From: Bacteroidia bacterium
Lineage (GTDB): Bacteria; Bacteroidota; Bacteroidia; J057
Direction: 5' to 3'
DNA length: 64,000 bases
Assembly: GCA_041753595.1 (NCBI GenBank)
Contig: JBGSTW010000013.1
Location: 1-64,000, forward strand
The notes under the pieces are model-generated. The model was not told the origin of the DNA, searched no databases, and worked only from the letters and a program-made list of their open reading frames with translations. Made by a program: the position numbers and the translations under genes. Positions 1 to 9,210 of the stretch are shown here, one piece after another (the stretch's first letter is position 1; each line of letters starts with the position of its first letter).

Positions 1-122
1 AGGGCCGACTGGTATTCGCCTTCCTGTAGGTACTTCTCTGCAAGTTGTTCTTCCGCATTGGGTTGAGCGACGAGGTTGAAGCAGAAAAAAGCAAGCAGAA
101 ATCCGGTGAGAAAATATTTCAT
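1..122 (-). CDS. partial CDS (N-terminal ~40 aa; ATG at 122..120) of a secreted protein running off the window start
   Basis: Minus-strand translation gives MKYFLTGFLLAFFCFNLVAQPNAEEQLAEKYLQEGEYQSA, a signal-peptide-like N-terminus. It is open to base 1, so no stop is seen and it is absent from the ORF track. Confidence 0.35.
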   Translation of the reverse strand, partial: MKYFLTGFLLAFFCFNLVAQPNAEEQLAEKYLQEGEYQSA

Positions 123-282
123 AGACGTATAAACGAAAACAGGGGCTTTCAGGCCGGGCATTTTCGGGTGTTTTTGTGGAAATGAGGTAAAACTTTTCAT
201 CCAGTTGAAAGCATGCAACAATGCAGCCAAATCTCGTCAGGTAATGGGAGCTAAAATGGGTAATTTTCAGCAGATCAGAGGC

Positions 283-2520
283 ATGAATATGGCAGGAATC
301 CAACTTCGTTTAGCTTTGCTCGGCGTATTTGCCGCTTTAACCCTTGCTGCACAGGCGCAGGAGGAGCCCGTACCTGCGGCAGCCCCACAGGTAATAAGCC
401 AGAAGTCGGTTTTGCTCCGGACAGGCATCGACTCAGTGCTTAAGGCTACCGAAGTTACCGGCCCGGCGGAGTTTCCTAACCTGTACCGGGTGCCTTATTT
501 CTACGAGAAAAAGGAACTCGACCGCCTCCGCACCCTGGAGCGCCAAGGCGACCTTCCTCAACTGGATAAGTACCTGACCGCCTACATCGAGAAATTTGGC
601 ATAGAAAATTTCACCCGCGACAACAACCTCCTCTGGCTGGCCGGAAGGGTAAAACAAGTGCAGGAGGATACCAGCAGGGCTTTGTTTTACTACGAATTAG
701 CCGCGCTCCATAACAATACCGGCGAAATTCCCATCCTCGCATTTGACTCCCTTCGCAGCTACACCGAAAGCGAATGGCTGCCCGTGGACAAGTACTACGA
801 ACTGATCGAATACCGCCGGAGAATCAATCCGTTTTTGCCCTCTCGCAAATTCCTCTCCAGCATGGGGCCTGCCATCAACTCCGCCAGTGCCGACTACGCG
901 CCTTTTATGCACCCTACTGACAGTGTGCTGATATTTACTTCCCGACGCGACACCTCAGGCACCAATCCCAAAGACATTCTTGACCCCTTTGAGAAGCCCA
1001 ACGAGGACCTTTTTTACTCAGTCAAAGATTTCATCACCGGTAAATGGGAAAATGCCCGGCGGATGCCCAAAACTATCAACAGCCTGCTGAACGAAGGCTC
1101 TGCCTGCCTCGCACCCGATGGCAAAACCCTGTTTTTTACCCGATGCAACGACCCCGCCGGATACGGCGACTGCGATATCTTTCAGGCTACCTACGACCCT
1201 GCCGCTGATTCGTGGACAGAAATCCGCAACCTGGGCTCAAAGGTCAACAGCAATTATTGGGACTCTCAGCCCAATATTTCGGCAGATGGCACCACCCTCT
1301 TCTTTTCTTCTAACCGAAAAGGGGGCTTTGGCGGCAGCGACCTCTACTTCTGCACCCTGAAATCCTCAGGCCTCTGGGGCGAACCCCGTAACATAGGCCC
1401 TGTGATCAATACCGCCCGCGACGAGGTTACGCCGTTTTTCCATTCTATCAACAGTACCCTCTACTTTAGCTCCAGCGGTCACATGCAAAACTTCGGGAGC
1501 TTCGACATATTCAAATCGCGCTGGATGGGCGATGGCTGGGAGCTGGTGAAAAACGTGGGTCCCCTGGTCAATACCGACGGCAACCAGTACTATTTCTCCA
1601 TTGACAGCGACGGCGAGACGATTTTTTACTCCAATTCGCGCAACCCCGAAGAAGACCATATCCGGCAGGATTTCGACCTCTTCTCCTTTCCCATGCCCAT
1701 GGAAGCCCGGCCAGATGCGGTTGCCTCCCTCAGTGGGGTATTGCTCGACTCCATTTCCGGCAATCCCCTCACGGGCAATATCATGATCATTGACCTCGAC
1801 AATGGCATTGAGGTGGCCCCGAAGCGCATCAATGGCCGGGGCTACTTTGAATTTGACCTGAAGGATAACAACCGTTATCAGATCATTGTGATGGGAAATA
1901 ACTTCCTGACGATTAACCAGGAGCTGGTTATGAATGGCGATACAACCTTTAACATTCTGGCAAAAAGCCTGGAGGAGGGTAAGCCACTGGTGTTTGAATC
2001 CATGGAATTTGGCTCAAACAGCGACAAGCTCAAAATGCGCAGCAAGCCCAACCTCGACTACCTCGTGGGATTTTTGAAGCAGTATCCGATGTTTCGGCTC
2101 GTGATCGAGGGCCATACCGATTCGGATGGTAACCCCAAATACAACCTCGACCTTTCGCGCAGGCGGGCACAGGCAATCGCCAATTACATCGAATACAATG
2201 GCCAGTTTTCGGCTGAACGCATCAAATTCTTTGGCTACGGCGATACCCGCCCCCTGGTACCGAATGACTCTGAAGAAAATAAGCGTCAAAACCGAAGGGT
2301 AGAATTTCGCCTCGAATGGGACCCCACGTACAAGGGCGATGCGCCACTGCCCAGCTGGCAGGAGCTTCGTTTTCAAAAGAAAAAAACCGACATCGAGCTT
2401 GACGATGACCTCGCCCTGCCCGAAAATTTCGGTAAAGAATTTGAAGAACCCATGGACGATGAGCTCGACCTGGACGCAGAACTGAAGCAAATGGAAGTTC
2501 CTAAGCCAGTAAAACCATAA
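283..2520 (+). CDS. OmpA-family outer-membrane protein with TolB-like PD40 beta-propeller repeats and a CarboxypepD_reg-like domain
   Basis: Signal peptide MNMAGIQLRLALLGVFAALTLAAQA, with an ATG at 283 (the ORF as called starts at 205). There are several PD40-like repeats such as SADGTTLFFSSNRKGGFGGSDLYF. The C-terminus has an OmpA motif: LVIEGHTDSDGNPKYNLDLSRRRAQAIANYI...NRRVEF. Confidence 0.85.
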   Translation: MNMAGIQLRLALLGVFAALTLAAQAQEEPVPAAAPQVISQKSVLLRTGIDSVLKATEVTGPAEFPNLYRVPYFYEKKELDRLRTLERQGDLPQLDKYLTAYIEKFGIENFTRDNNLLWLAGRVKQVQEDTSRALFYYELAALHNNTGEIPILAFDSLRSYTESEWLPVDKYYELIEYRRRINPFLPSRKFLSSMGPAINSASADYAPFMHPTDSVLIFTSRRDTSGTNPKDILDPFEKPNEDLFYSVKDFITGKWENARRMPKTINSLLNEGSACLAPDGKTLFFTRCNDPAGYGDCDIFQATYDPAADSWTEIRNLGSKVNSNYWDSQPNISADGTTLFFSSNRKGGFGGSDLYFCTLKSSGLWGEPRNIGPVINTARDEVTPFFHSINSTLYFSSSGHMQNFGSFDIFKSRWMGDGWELVKNVGPLVNTDGNQYYFSIDSDGETIFYSNSRNPEEDHIRQDFDLFSFPMPMEARPDAVASLSGVLLDSISGNPLTGNIMIIDLDNGIEVAPKRINGRGYFEFDLKDNNRYQIIVMGNNFLTINQELVMNGDTTFNILAKSLEEGKPLVFESMEFGSNSDKLKMRSKPNLDYLVGFLKQYPMFRLVIEGHTDSDGNPKYNLDLSRRRAQAIANYIEYNGQFSAERIKFFGYGDTRPLVPNDSEENKRQNRRVEFRLEWDPTYKGDAPLPSWQELRFQKKKTDIELDDDLALPENFGKEFEEPMDDELDLDAELKQMEVPKPVKP

Positions 2521-2572
2521 TTTGCGCCCTGTTCCGTTGTAACCTTATGCCTTTATCCGAATTATTTTAGGG

Positions 2573-3667
2573 ATGGATCCAATCAAAGCAAGTACCACCA
2601 CCGCCCCGGCTCCCCTGCCTTTGCCTGAGGACCTCCTTACCCGCATGAAGGAGACCCCGCAAAATCCCCGTTACCACGCCGAGGGAAGTGTGTATGAGCA
2701 CGTGATGATGGTGATGTCGGAGTTTGAAAAAAACATCGACGCCTATCAGCTATCGCCCGAGGACAGAGAAGTACTGTACTGGGCTGTGGTGATGCACGAT
2801 GTAGGCAAACCTGTGGTTACCAAAAATGTGGGCGGCGAATGGAGGGCACAAGGACACGAACGTGCGGGGGTACCCATTGCCCGTCAAATTCTGCTTAACC
2901 AGGGAAACCTGTCCCAACATCAACGCCAGCGGGTATTGGAGCTCGTTCGTTACCACCACATACCGCTCACGCTAGGGCTGAAACAAGCGCCCATTGAGGA
3001 TTATTATCGCTCAGCTATTGTTACGGATCTGCGGTTACTCGGAATTTTCGGAGCTTTTGATTTGCGGGGGCGTATTTGCGAAGACATCCCCAGAGTAGAG
3101 CGTATCATTCATCAGTTTCAACACGACATTGAACCAAAAATCCGCTACGATCTCGGCGACCATATAACCATAAAAGAGGCTTACCAATCGGCTCCTCACA
3201 ACAAAAAAAATGCGCTCTGGGCCGCGTGGAACGAGCACAAATTCAACCGAATATCGAAACTTTTGCCCGCTGCAGCACCTCTTAGCAGGCCCAATTACCA
3301 GTGTGCCATTACCCTTGGCGGCCCGGGAATTGACTGGAACGAATGGAAAAACGAATACTTCCCCGACCGCCAGCATTTTGACCTCAGTATGCCGGGCTTT
3401 CCTAAGATGCCCGTAGAGGAACAGTTTCGCATGCTGCGCAATTTTCTTTCGGTTTTCGGGCTAACCTCCCGCAAAAAACTCGTACTCACCGGCGATTTTC
3501 TAACCGATGAATACCGCCGCACAGTCATCGACTATATCCGCGACACGGGCGGAGAAATAGAGTACTTCGTAATTGAAAAGGCACCCGAAGGTATCGCCGA
3601 TCCTTATACATGGCCTCAAACGGGCATTCTCCACCCCTGGGAGGCCCACCGCATCACCTATTGCTGA
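2573..3667 (+). CDS. HD-domain phosphohydrolase (CCA-enzyme-like HD motif) with a C-terminal domain of unknown function
   Basis: H..D signature PRYHAEGSVYEHV ... VMHDVGKP ... AQGHERAGVPIARQIL ... RYHH. The C-terminal ~140 aa (GGPGIDWNEW...) has no Walker A motif and no motif I recognise. Confidence 0.7.
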   Translation: MDPIKASTTTAPAPLPLPEDLLTRMKETPQNPRYHAEGSVYEHVMMVMSEFEKNIDAYQLSPEDREVLYWAVVMHDVGKPVVTKNVGGEWRAQGHERAGVPIARQILLNQGNLSQHQRQRVLELVRYHHIPLTLGLKQAPIEDYYRSAIVTDLRLLGIFGAFDLRGRICEDIPRVERIIHQFQHDIEPKIRYDLGDHITIKEAYQSAPHNKKNALWAAWNEHKFNRISKLLPAAAPLSRPNYQCAITLGGPGIDWNEWKNEYFPDRQHFDLSMPGFPKMPVEEQFRMLRNFLSVFGLTSRKKLVLTGDFLTDEYRRTVIDYIRDTGGEIEYFVIEKAPEGIADPYTWPQTGILHPWEAHRITYC

Positions 3668-3728
3668 TTCGGATTCAGGCCAATACAGCTGAGTCTATGT
3701 TTGCTGCTTAATATCCGACTGAAAGTAC

Positions 3729-6700
3729 TCAGTTGGGGCGATAACTCTTTACCAGCTGCTGAAAGCGTGCCGACTCCCGGTAGGGGTTAAAGGCCGGATC
3801 GGCAAGGTCGAGGGGCGGGAACTTATTCTTGAGTGCATCTTCCAGCAACACATACATATTGTCTTCCTGGTGGTTGCGGGCATAGAGTTTGGAAAGGAGG
3901 CCAAGGTACATCGGATTCCGGGGCTCAAGCTTTGCGGCGTATTGTACGTCCTGGAGCGCCTCTTCCATCTTTCCTGCCAGGTTGCGCACAAAGCCCCTTT
4001 GGTACCAGGCCTCTGCCAGCAGCGGATCGCGCTCAATGGCCTTGGTAAAGTCATTTTCGGCCTGGCTGTACATGGCAGCTTTCCTGCCAAAATTTCCCCT
4101 TTCAAGGTAAGCAGGTGCGTAGTTACGGTCTATTTCCACTGCTTTGTTGAAGTCGGCGAGTGCCTCGGCAATTTTGTCAAGCGAAGCATATACCTGTCCG
4201 CGCAGGGTAAGGGCCTCAGCCGAGCGGGGCTGTGCCGAAAGTGATTTATTTAGCTCGGTAAGTGCTGATACTGCATCACGGGGGTTTTTGACAAAAGTCA
4301 GCCTAGCCTTAGCGGCAATCAGGCGGGGTTCGTTGGGGTATGACCGCTCAGCCAGGTCGAGAGACTCGGTGGCGAGGTCCCATTGGCGGAGCTTAATGTG
4401 GAGCAATGCTTTATCAATGGCGGGATTTACGTTGCGGGCATCCAGGCGAATGGCTTTGCTGAGGTCCTGAAAAGCCTCTTCATACCTTCCGGTTTTCCCC
4501 AACCAGTCGGCCCTTTGAATCAGGTATATATAGGCTTCGGGCTTACGAGCCTGTGCCTTTTGCAACTCATTGAGGGCCAATTCCACATCTCCCTTCAGGT
4601 AAATACACCGGGCACGCAGGGCATAAGCCGGGGCATCTCCGGGTCTTTGTTCAATGGCTTTGGCTATATCTGGCAAGGCGAGATCGACCTTTCCATCTTC
4701 CATTTTCAATCTGGCCCTGAGCAACAAGGCTTCGTACAGTTGTGGATCGAGCCGCAGCGCCTCTGCTGTTTCCCGGTCAGCTTGTACCAGATTGCCCACG
4801 TGTTGGTACAGCTCGCCTTTGCGCAAGTGGGTAATAGCCAACCCGGGATTGAGCGCAGATGCTTTGGCATAATTAGCCAGTGCTTCGGAGGTAAGGCCGA
4901 TGCGGGCGTAAATGGCCCCACGAATGACATGTAATCCAGCCTCCTGCGGGAAAAGTCCGATGCTGGCAGAAACAACTTCGAGGGCACGGTCTGGTTCCTG
5001 GTGGTCGAGGTAAAAGTTAACGAGGGTTTCGCATGCCAGGGTTGACTGCGGGTGCTTTTTCACTTCTGCTTTGAGCTCTTCTTCTGCCTCAGCATTTTTG
5101 CCCATTCGCCCGAGCAGTATACCCCTGAGGAGATGCGTGCGGTCGGAACCAGGATGGTAGTGCAGCATTTCGTCCAGGTCGTTGAGCGCTTCGGGGTACT
5201 TGCCCATGCTCTGAAGTATTTCTGACCTTGCGATCAGGCCCTTATCCCAACCCGGAAGTATGCGTATTGCCTCGTTGAGGTCGGCAAGGGCATCGTTGGT
5301 TCGGCCAAGCATACGTAGGAAAAAAGCCCTCCTGAAGTAAATTTCGGCATCACCGGAGAGGGCAATGTCTTTAGAATAGGCACCAAAAGCCTCTTCCCAT
5401 TCCCCCTGAGTGGCGGATATTTCTCCTTCAAAAACTTTGGCTCCAGGCAGGTTGGGGTTGAGTCTGAGGGCGGCCTGGGCATCTTCACGGGCACCTGCTT
5501 CATTGCCGGTTTTCAGCTTCGCCAGTGCCCTTTCGAGGTAAGCATCGGCATAGTTGGGGGTAATGCCGATGGAGGTATTGTAATCACTGATGGCCTTATT
5601 GTACTCACCCAAACGCGCATAAACTTTGCCCCTGGTAACATATACCGGCGAAAGATTGGGAGCCTGATTGAGTACACGGGAGTAGTCGGCAAGTGCTTTA
5701 CCCAATGCGTCCATGTCTTCATACACCACCGCCCTGCCGATAAGCGCATCATAAAAACCGGGATCAAGTTTGAGGCTCTGGGAATAGTCCTCAATGGCGC
5801 GCTGAAAAAAGTGTGTCTTGGCGAGGAGATTAGCCCTACGCATAAAAGTTTGCGGATCGTCTGGGTGATCCTGAATTTCGAGGTTTAGGGGTTCGAGGGC
5901 TTCCTCTATCCTTCCGGTACGCACATAAGCATCGATGAGCTTGCTACGCACTTCCTGGCTTATGTTTGGGCTGGAAGCGTCAATTCGCTCAAGGTAGGCT
6001 ATGGCCCCTTCCAGATCTCCATTTTGCTGGCGCATATTTGCCAAGGACCAACAGGCGATGTTTTCAACTGAAGCAGACACCACATCCGAATTGGTGAGCA
6101 ACTCATCGGCATCGATGGTCAGGCTTTGGGTTTTTTCGCCCATAAGCTCAGCTTCTCCATAAACCCCGTGGCTGAAAAAATTGAGAATCAACTGCTCCCG
6201 ACCATCCGGACTTACATTCCACTCTCCCCAAACCACCAGGTCAGACCGGCAAAAATCTCCGGCGTTCGTGGCCTGGTCCAGCGAGGGAGGGCATGCGCCC
6301 GAGGATTGCAGTACAGTTTTCACTTCCAGCCCCAGTTTAAGCCTGAGGGACTCCATGCGGTCGTAGATCAACGACATGGAGTTGTTGTTGGCCGGCTCGC
6401 AACTTCCTGACTCATAAACGGGCAGGAGCAGCACATGGTAGAAGTTATCGTTTTCAGGAAAAGGACATCCTCCCCGATGAAAAATCTTGCTTACCGACTC
6501 AGGCACAAGCGAAGGGTAGGCTACTGCCAGCAGAATATAGGTGGCAGCCAAAGCCATGCCACCTACTGCCCATCTTCCCCAGCGGATATGGCGTGGCGGG
6601 CGATCGTCTAGCTTTTCGGGTTCTTTTCTTAAAGGCCGCTTTCTCTCCGCCTTAGGTTTGGCAGGAGGTTGGGGAGCTCCGGGCTTGGTGGCATCGGGCT

Positions 6701-7442
6701 TACGAATGCGCCCGGAGGCACGCAAGGGATTATCGCGGGGAGGAGCAGTATCAGTTAATGGAACGGGTGGCTTGTAAGCTACTTCAGGCGTTACTTTAAA
6801 CTGCCATGCATCGCGACGGTCCTTTCGCACCCAGATTCCCCGCTTGGCCAGGGTTTGCTTTGCGTCGCGCCCCATCCATACCGGGAGCGAATCGTCGGGG
6901 TCGATTTCGGTTACAGAAAGCTCTACACTGCTGGTGCCTGCGGTATCCATAAATACCTTGAGCAGGTTTTCGCCTCTTAATAGTCCCTGATAAATTTCGA
7001 TGGCTATCTGGGCCTGCACGCCTTTGTCGTCGAGCACCAGCACCAAAGGCACCCCTGCCTGAAGCAGGCTACGCACCAGCGACTCAGAGGGCAGACCTTC
7101 GAGGGTTACGAGCTTGAGTTTCGGAAAAGCGGCCAGGCCATCGGCAAGGGTATTTTCCGAAATCATTTTTATCCCATTCGCTGAAGGAAAAGGGATGGGA
7201 TTGATTACGGCACTGTTTCCGCAAATATGTACCACCTCAGTTGTGGCTACCAGGTTGGCTTCATCCGAAAGATCAGGCAACATAGGCCCGCCGTTTTCTC
7301 CTGAGCACACCAATTTCCAGGCTCCTGCCTGTTCTCCTCTTTCAAGGTAGCTGGTGAGAGAGGTCCAATGCGGGGGTCTGTACCTGCGCACATCCTGGTC
7401 TTCACCGGGCAGAGAATATGTAATGAAAAAGATGGGAGACAT
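3729..7442 (-). CDS. membrane-anchored TPR-repeat protein: cytoplasmic N-terminal domain, Pro/Lys-rich linker, one TM helix, then ~900 aa of extracytoplasmic TPR repeats
   Basis: ATG at 7442. The ~230-aa N-terminal domain contains LVLVLDDKG. The linker PPVPLTDTAPPRDNPL...PKAERKRPLRKEPEKLDDRPP is followed by the TM segment WAVGGMALAATYILLAVAYPSLV. After that come many 34-aa TPR-like repeats of the form A..Y...G....A..D...A..L.P. Confidence 0.8.
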   Translation of the reverse strand: MSPIFFITYSLPGEDQDVRRYRPPHWTSLTSYLERGEQAGAWKLVCSGENGGPMLPDLSDEANLVATTEVVHICGNSAVINPIPFPSANGIKMISENTLADGLAAFPKLKLVTLEGLPSESLVRSLLQAGVPLVLVLDDKGVQAQIAIEIYQGLLRGENLLKVFMDTAGTSSVELSVTEIDPDDSLPVWMGRDAKQTLAKRGIWVRKDRRDAWQFKVTPEVAYKPPVPLTDTAPPRDNPLRASGRIRKPDATKPGAPQPPAKPKAERKRPLRKEPEKLDDRPPRHIRWGRWAVGGMALAATYILLAVAYPSLVPESVSKIFHRGGCPFPENDNFYHVLLLPVYESGSCEPANNNSMSLIYDRMESLRLKLGLEVKTVLQSSGACPPSLDQATNAGDFCRSDLVVWGEWNVSPDGREQLILNFFSHGVYGEAELMGEKTQSLTIDADELLTNSDVVSASVENIACWSLANMRQQNGDLEGAIAYLERIDASSPNISQEVRSKLIDAYVRTGRIEEALEPLNLEIQDHPDDPQTFMRRANLLAKTHFFQRAIEDYSQSLKLDPGFYDALIGRAVVYEDMDALGKALADYSRVLNQAPNLSPVYVTRGKVYARLGEYNKAISDYNTSIGITPNYADAYLERALAKLKTGNEAGAREDAQAALRLNPNLPGAKVFEGEISATQGEWEEAFGAYSKDIALSGDAEIYFRRAFFLRMLGRTNDALADLNEAIRILPGWDKGLIARSEILQSMGKYPEALNDLDEMLHYHPGSDRTHLLRGILLGRMGKNAEAEEELKAEVKKHPQSTLACETLVNFYLDHQEPDRALEVVSASIGLFPQEAGLHVIRGAIYARIGLTSEALANYAKASALNPGLAITHLRKGELYQHVGNLVQADRETAEALRLDPQLYEALLLRARLKMEDGKVDLALPDIAKAIEQRPGDAPAYALRARCIYLKGDVELALNELQKAQARKPEAYIYLIQRADWLGKTGRYEEAFQDLSKAIRLDARNVNPAIDKALLHIKLRQWDLATESLDLAERSYPNEPRLIAAKARLTFVKNPRDAVSALTELNKSLSAQPRSAEALTLRGQVYASLDKIAEALADFNKAVEIDRNYAPAYLERGNFGRKAAMYSQAENDFTKAIERDPLLAEAWYQRGFVRNLAGKMEEALQDVQYAAKLEPRNPMYLGLLSKLYARNHQEDNMYVLLEDALKNKFPPLDLADPAFNPYRESARFQQLVKSYRPN

Positions 7443-7607
7443 TCGGAAGAATCATCCTGATTACGAGCAGCAGCAAAAAGACTTAAATTTAACGGATATT
7501 CATCCCTTTAATCACAGATGGTTTGCTCAGGGGAAAAATTAGGTCGTTGATTGGGATTATTGACCAAACGACTGGTAAATTCCCCTTCTTCTGGTACGAT
7601 TCCAAAT

Positions 7608-8756
7608 ATGGCAGCTCCTATTCGTTTTCAAGCCTATTCCCCCGCTTTGAACATCATGATCCGGTTATTGCGTCGGGTACCAGGACCTGTGAACGAATTT
7701 CAGGAACGATTTTCGCTCGCAGCCAAGGCCCTCCATGACTTGCCCAATGTACTTCAGGATGAAAATGCTGCCCGGGAGGCCATTGGCTATTGGATAAAAA
7801 TCAACCTGCCCGAACCTCCGCAAAATACCGCCTGGCTTAGCCTGAGGGGGCTTGAGCAGGCATTTAGGGAGGAGGAGAATTTCGTGTGGAAGCAGTTTTT
7901 CTACGAAGGAATTGAACCCGGACCGGACCCAAACCTGCCATCGCTTTCGCACATCCTGGCCCTTACACTCGACCGGCTGGTACTCTCCCACGGGGAGACC
8001 TTTTCCGCTACAACTGTGGACCCGGCCATGATCCTGACCCTCTTCCATTATCTTTTCGGGGAGTCAAATGCCGAAGAGGAGGCAACGCTGAGGCACTGGA
8101 CAGATGCCGCTCCCGAGCACATGGAGCTTTTTGATGCGTCCTATACCTGGTTTGAAGCCCTTGAGCTTAACCCCGGAGAACGCGCACCCGAGGCACTGGA
8201 ACTGTGGAGTGAAGGGGAGCCTGGTCAAAAATTTCAGCAACCGAAAAAAAGATTCCCGTTCAATCGATCCACCCTGCTTATCACCCTGAGCGGGGTAGTA
8301 TTGCTACTCGCCGCCATATGGGGCTATGAATGGCTTAGGAATAAAAGGAAATCTGCTCCTGAAAAGACCTTCGCCCATCAAGTATGGAAATCTGAGGGAG
8401 GATTGCGAATCGTGCAGATTGATTCAACGATCACTGGCTGGCTGAGTCCCAACAGTACCCTGGAGCAAACAGCCGGCAAGGCTCAGCGGGTACTGATACT
8501 TAAAGGAGTGGCTGTATTTGACATCAAATCAACCGAACCCACAACCATCCAAACGCCCCGTGCACGGCTGGTTACTGCCCGTGGCCATTTCTCGGTCAAC
8601 ACCAAAAAGGAATTTGAGGTGCGACAGCTGGGGGATACCCTCCGCATTCTGACCACCAAAGAATCGTTGCTCCTGATTACCGGACAGGTAGCCCGGTTTG
8701 ATGCCACTTCCGGAACCCTGGTTCGCACCTTTGCCCACGACAGCCTTATTCCTTAA
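7608..8756 (+). CDS. FecR-family anti-sigma-like transmembrane protein with an extended N-terminus
   Basis: First in-frame ATG is at 7608; the ORF track starts at a TTG at 7551. The segment EEEATLRHWTDAAPEHMELFDASYTWFEALE resembles an anti-sigma N-terminal region. TM helix LLITLSGVVLLLAAIWGYEW. The C-terminal beta-rich region looks FecR-like. No ECF sigma gene is adjacent. Confidence 0.65.
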   Translation: MAAPIRFQAYSPALNIMIRLLRRVPGPVNEFQERFSLAAKALHDLPNVLQDENAAREAIGYWIKINLPEPPQNTAWLSLRGLEQAFREEENFVWKQFFYEGIEPGPDPNLPSLSHILALTLDRLVLSHGETFSATTVDPAMILTLFHYLFGESNAEEEATLRHWTDAAPEHMELFDASYTWFEALELNPGERAPEALELWSEGEPGQKFQQPKKRFPFNRSTLLITLSGVVLLLAAIWGYEWLRNKRKSAPEKTFAHQVWKSEGGLRIVQIDSTITGWLSPNSTLEQTAGKAQRVLILKGVAVFDIKSTEPTTIQTPRARLVTARGHFSVNTKKEFEVRQLGDTLRILTTKESLLLITGQVARFDATSGTLVRTFAHDSLIP

Positions 8757-9210
8757 CCGGCCAATTATCGGAGTTCCAGCTAAATCCGGTTTCTTCTTTT
8801 CTGGAAAAAAGCATCCAGCGCAGCCCGTTGGTAATCACGAGATGGGGAGCGTGAAAAACCTCATTGTACCTCACCACCTGCATCACGGTAGCGTCGGTAA
8901 GGGGCACCTGTGGCTGTTTACATTCGATCAGCATCCAAGGCTTTGCCTGGCGGTCAAACACCACCAGATCGAAGCGCTTTTTTTGCCGGAAATAAGGGAT
9001 GGCCTTTTCTACCCCGATCAGACCCGGCGCAATACCACGGTCCTCTACAAGATGAATCAGCACCTGTTGCCGCACCACTTCTTCGGGTGTCTCTATGATC
9101 CATTTGTTCCGGACCGGATCCCATATCCGCACTTTCCCTTCAGCTTCTGCTCTTTCAAGCACTCTGACGGGTATAGCCCAGGGAGCCGGTCCGGTCCATT
9201 CATCACTCAT
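8746..9210 (-). CDS. standalone HsdR_N-like (type I restriction enzyme R N-terminal, PD-(D/E)xK fold) domain protein
   Basis: 154 aa with the D...ECK motif (VVFDRQAKPWMLIECKQP). Its ATG (9210..9208) overlaps the TGA stop of the upstream S8 protease gene in the sequence ATGAGTGA. Its 3' end overlaps the convergent FecR-like gene by 11 bp. Confidence 0.65.
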   Translation of the reverse strand: MSDEWTGPAPWAIPVRVLERAEAEGKVRIWDPVRNKWIIETPEEVVRQQVLIHLVEDRGIAPGLIGVEKAIPYFRQKKRFDLVVFDRQAKPWMLIECKQPQVPLTDATVMQVVRYNEVFHAPHLVITNGLRWMLFSRKEETGFSWNSDNWPVKE

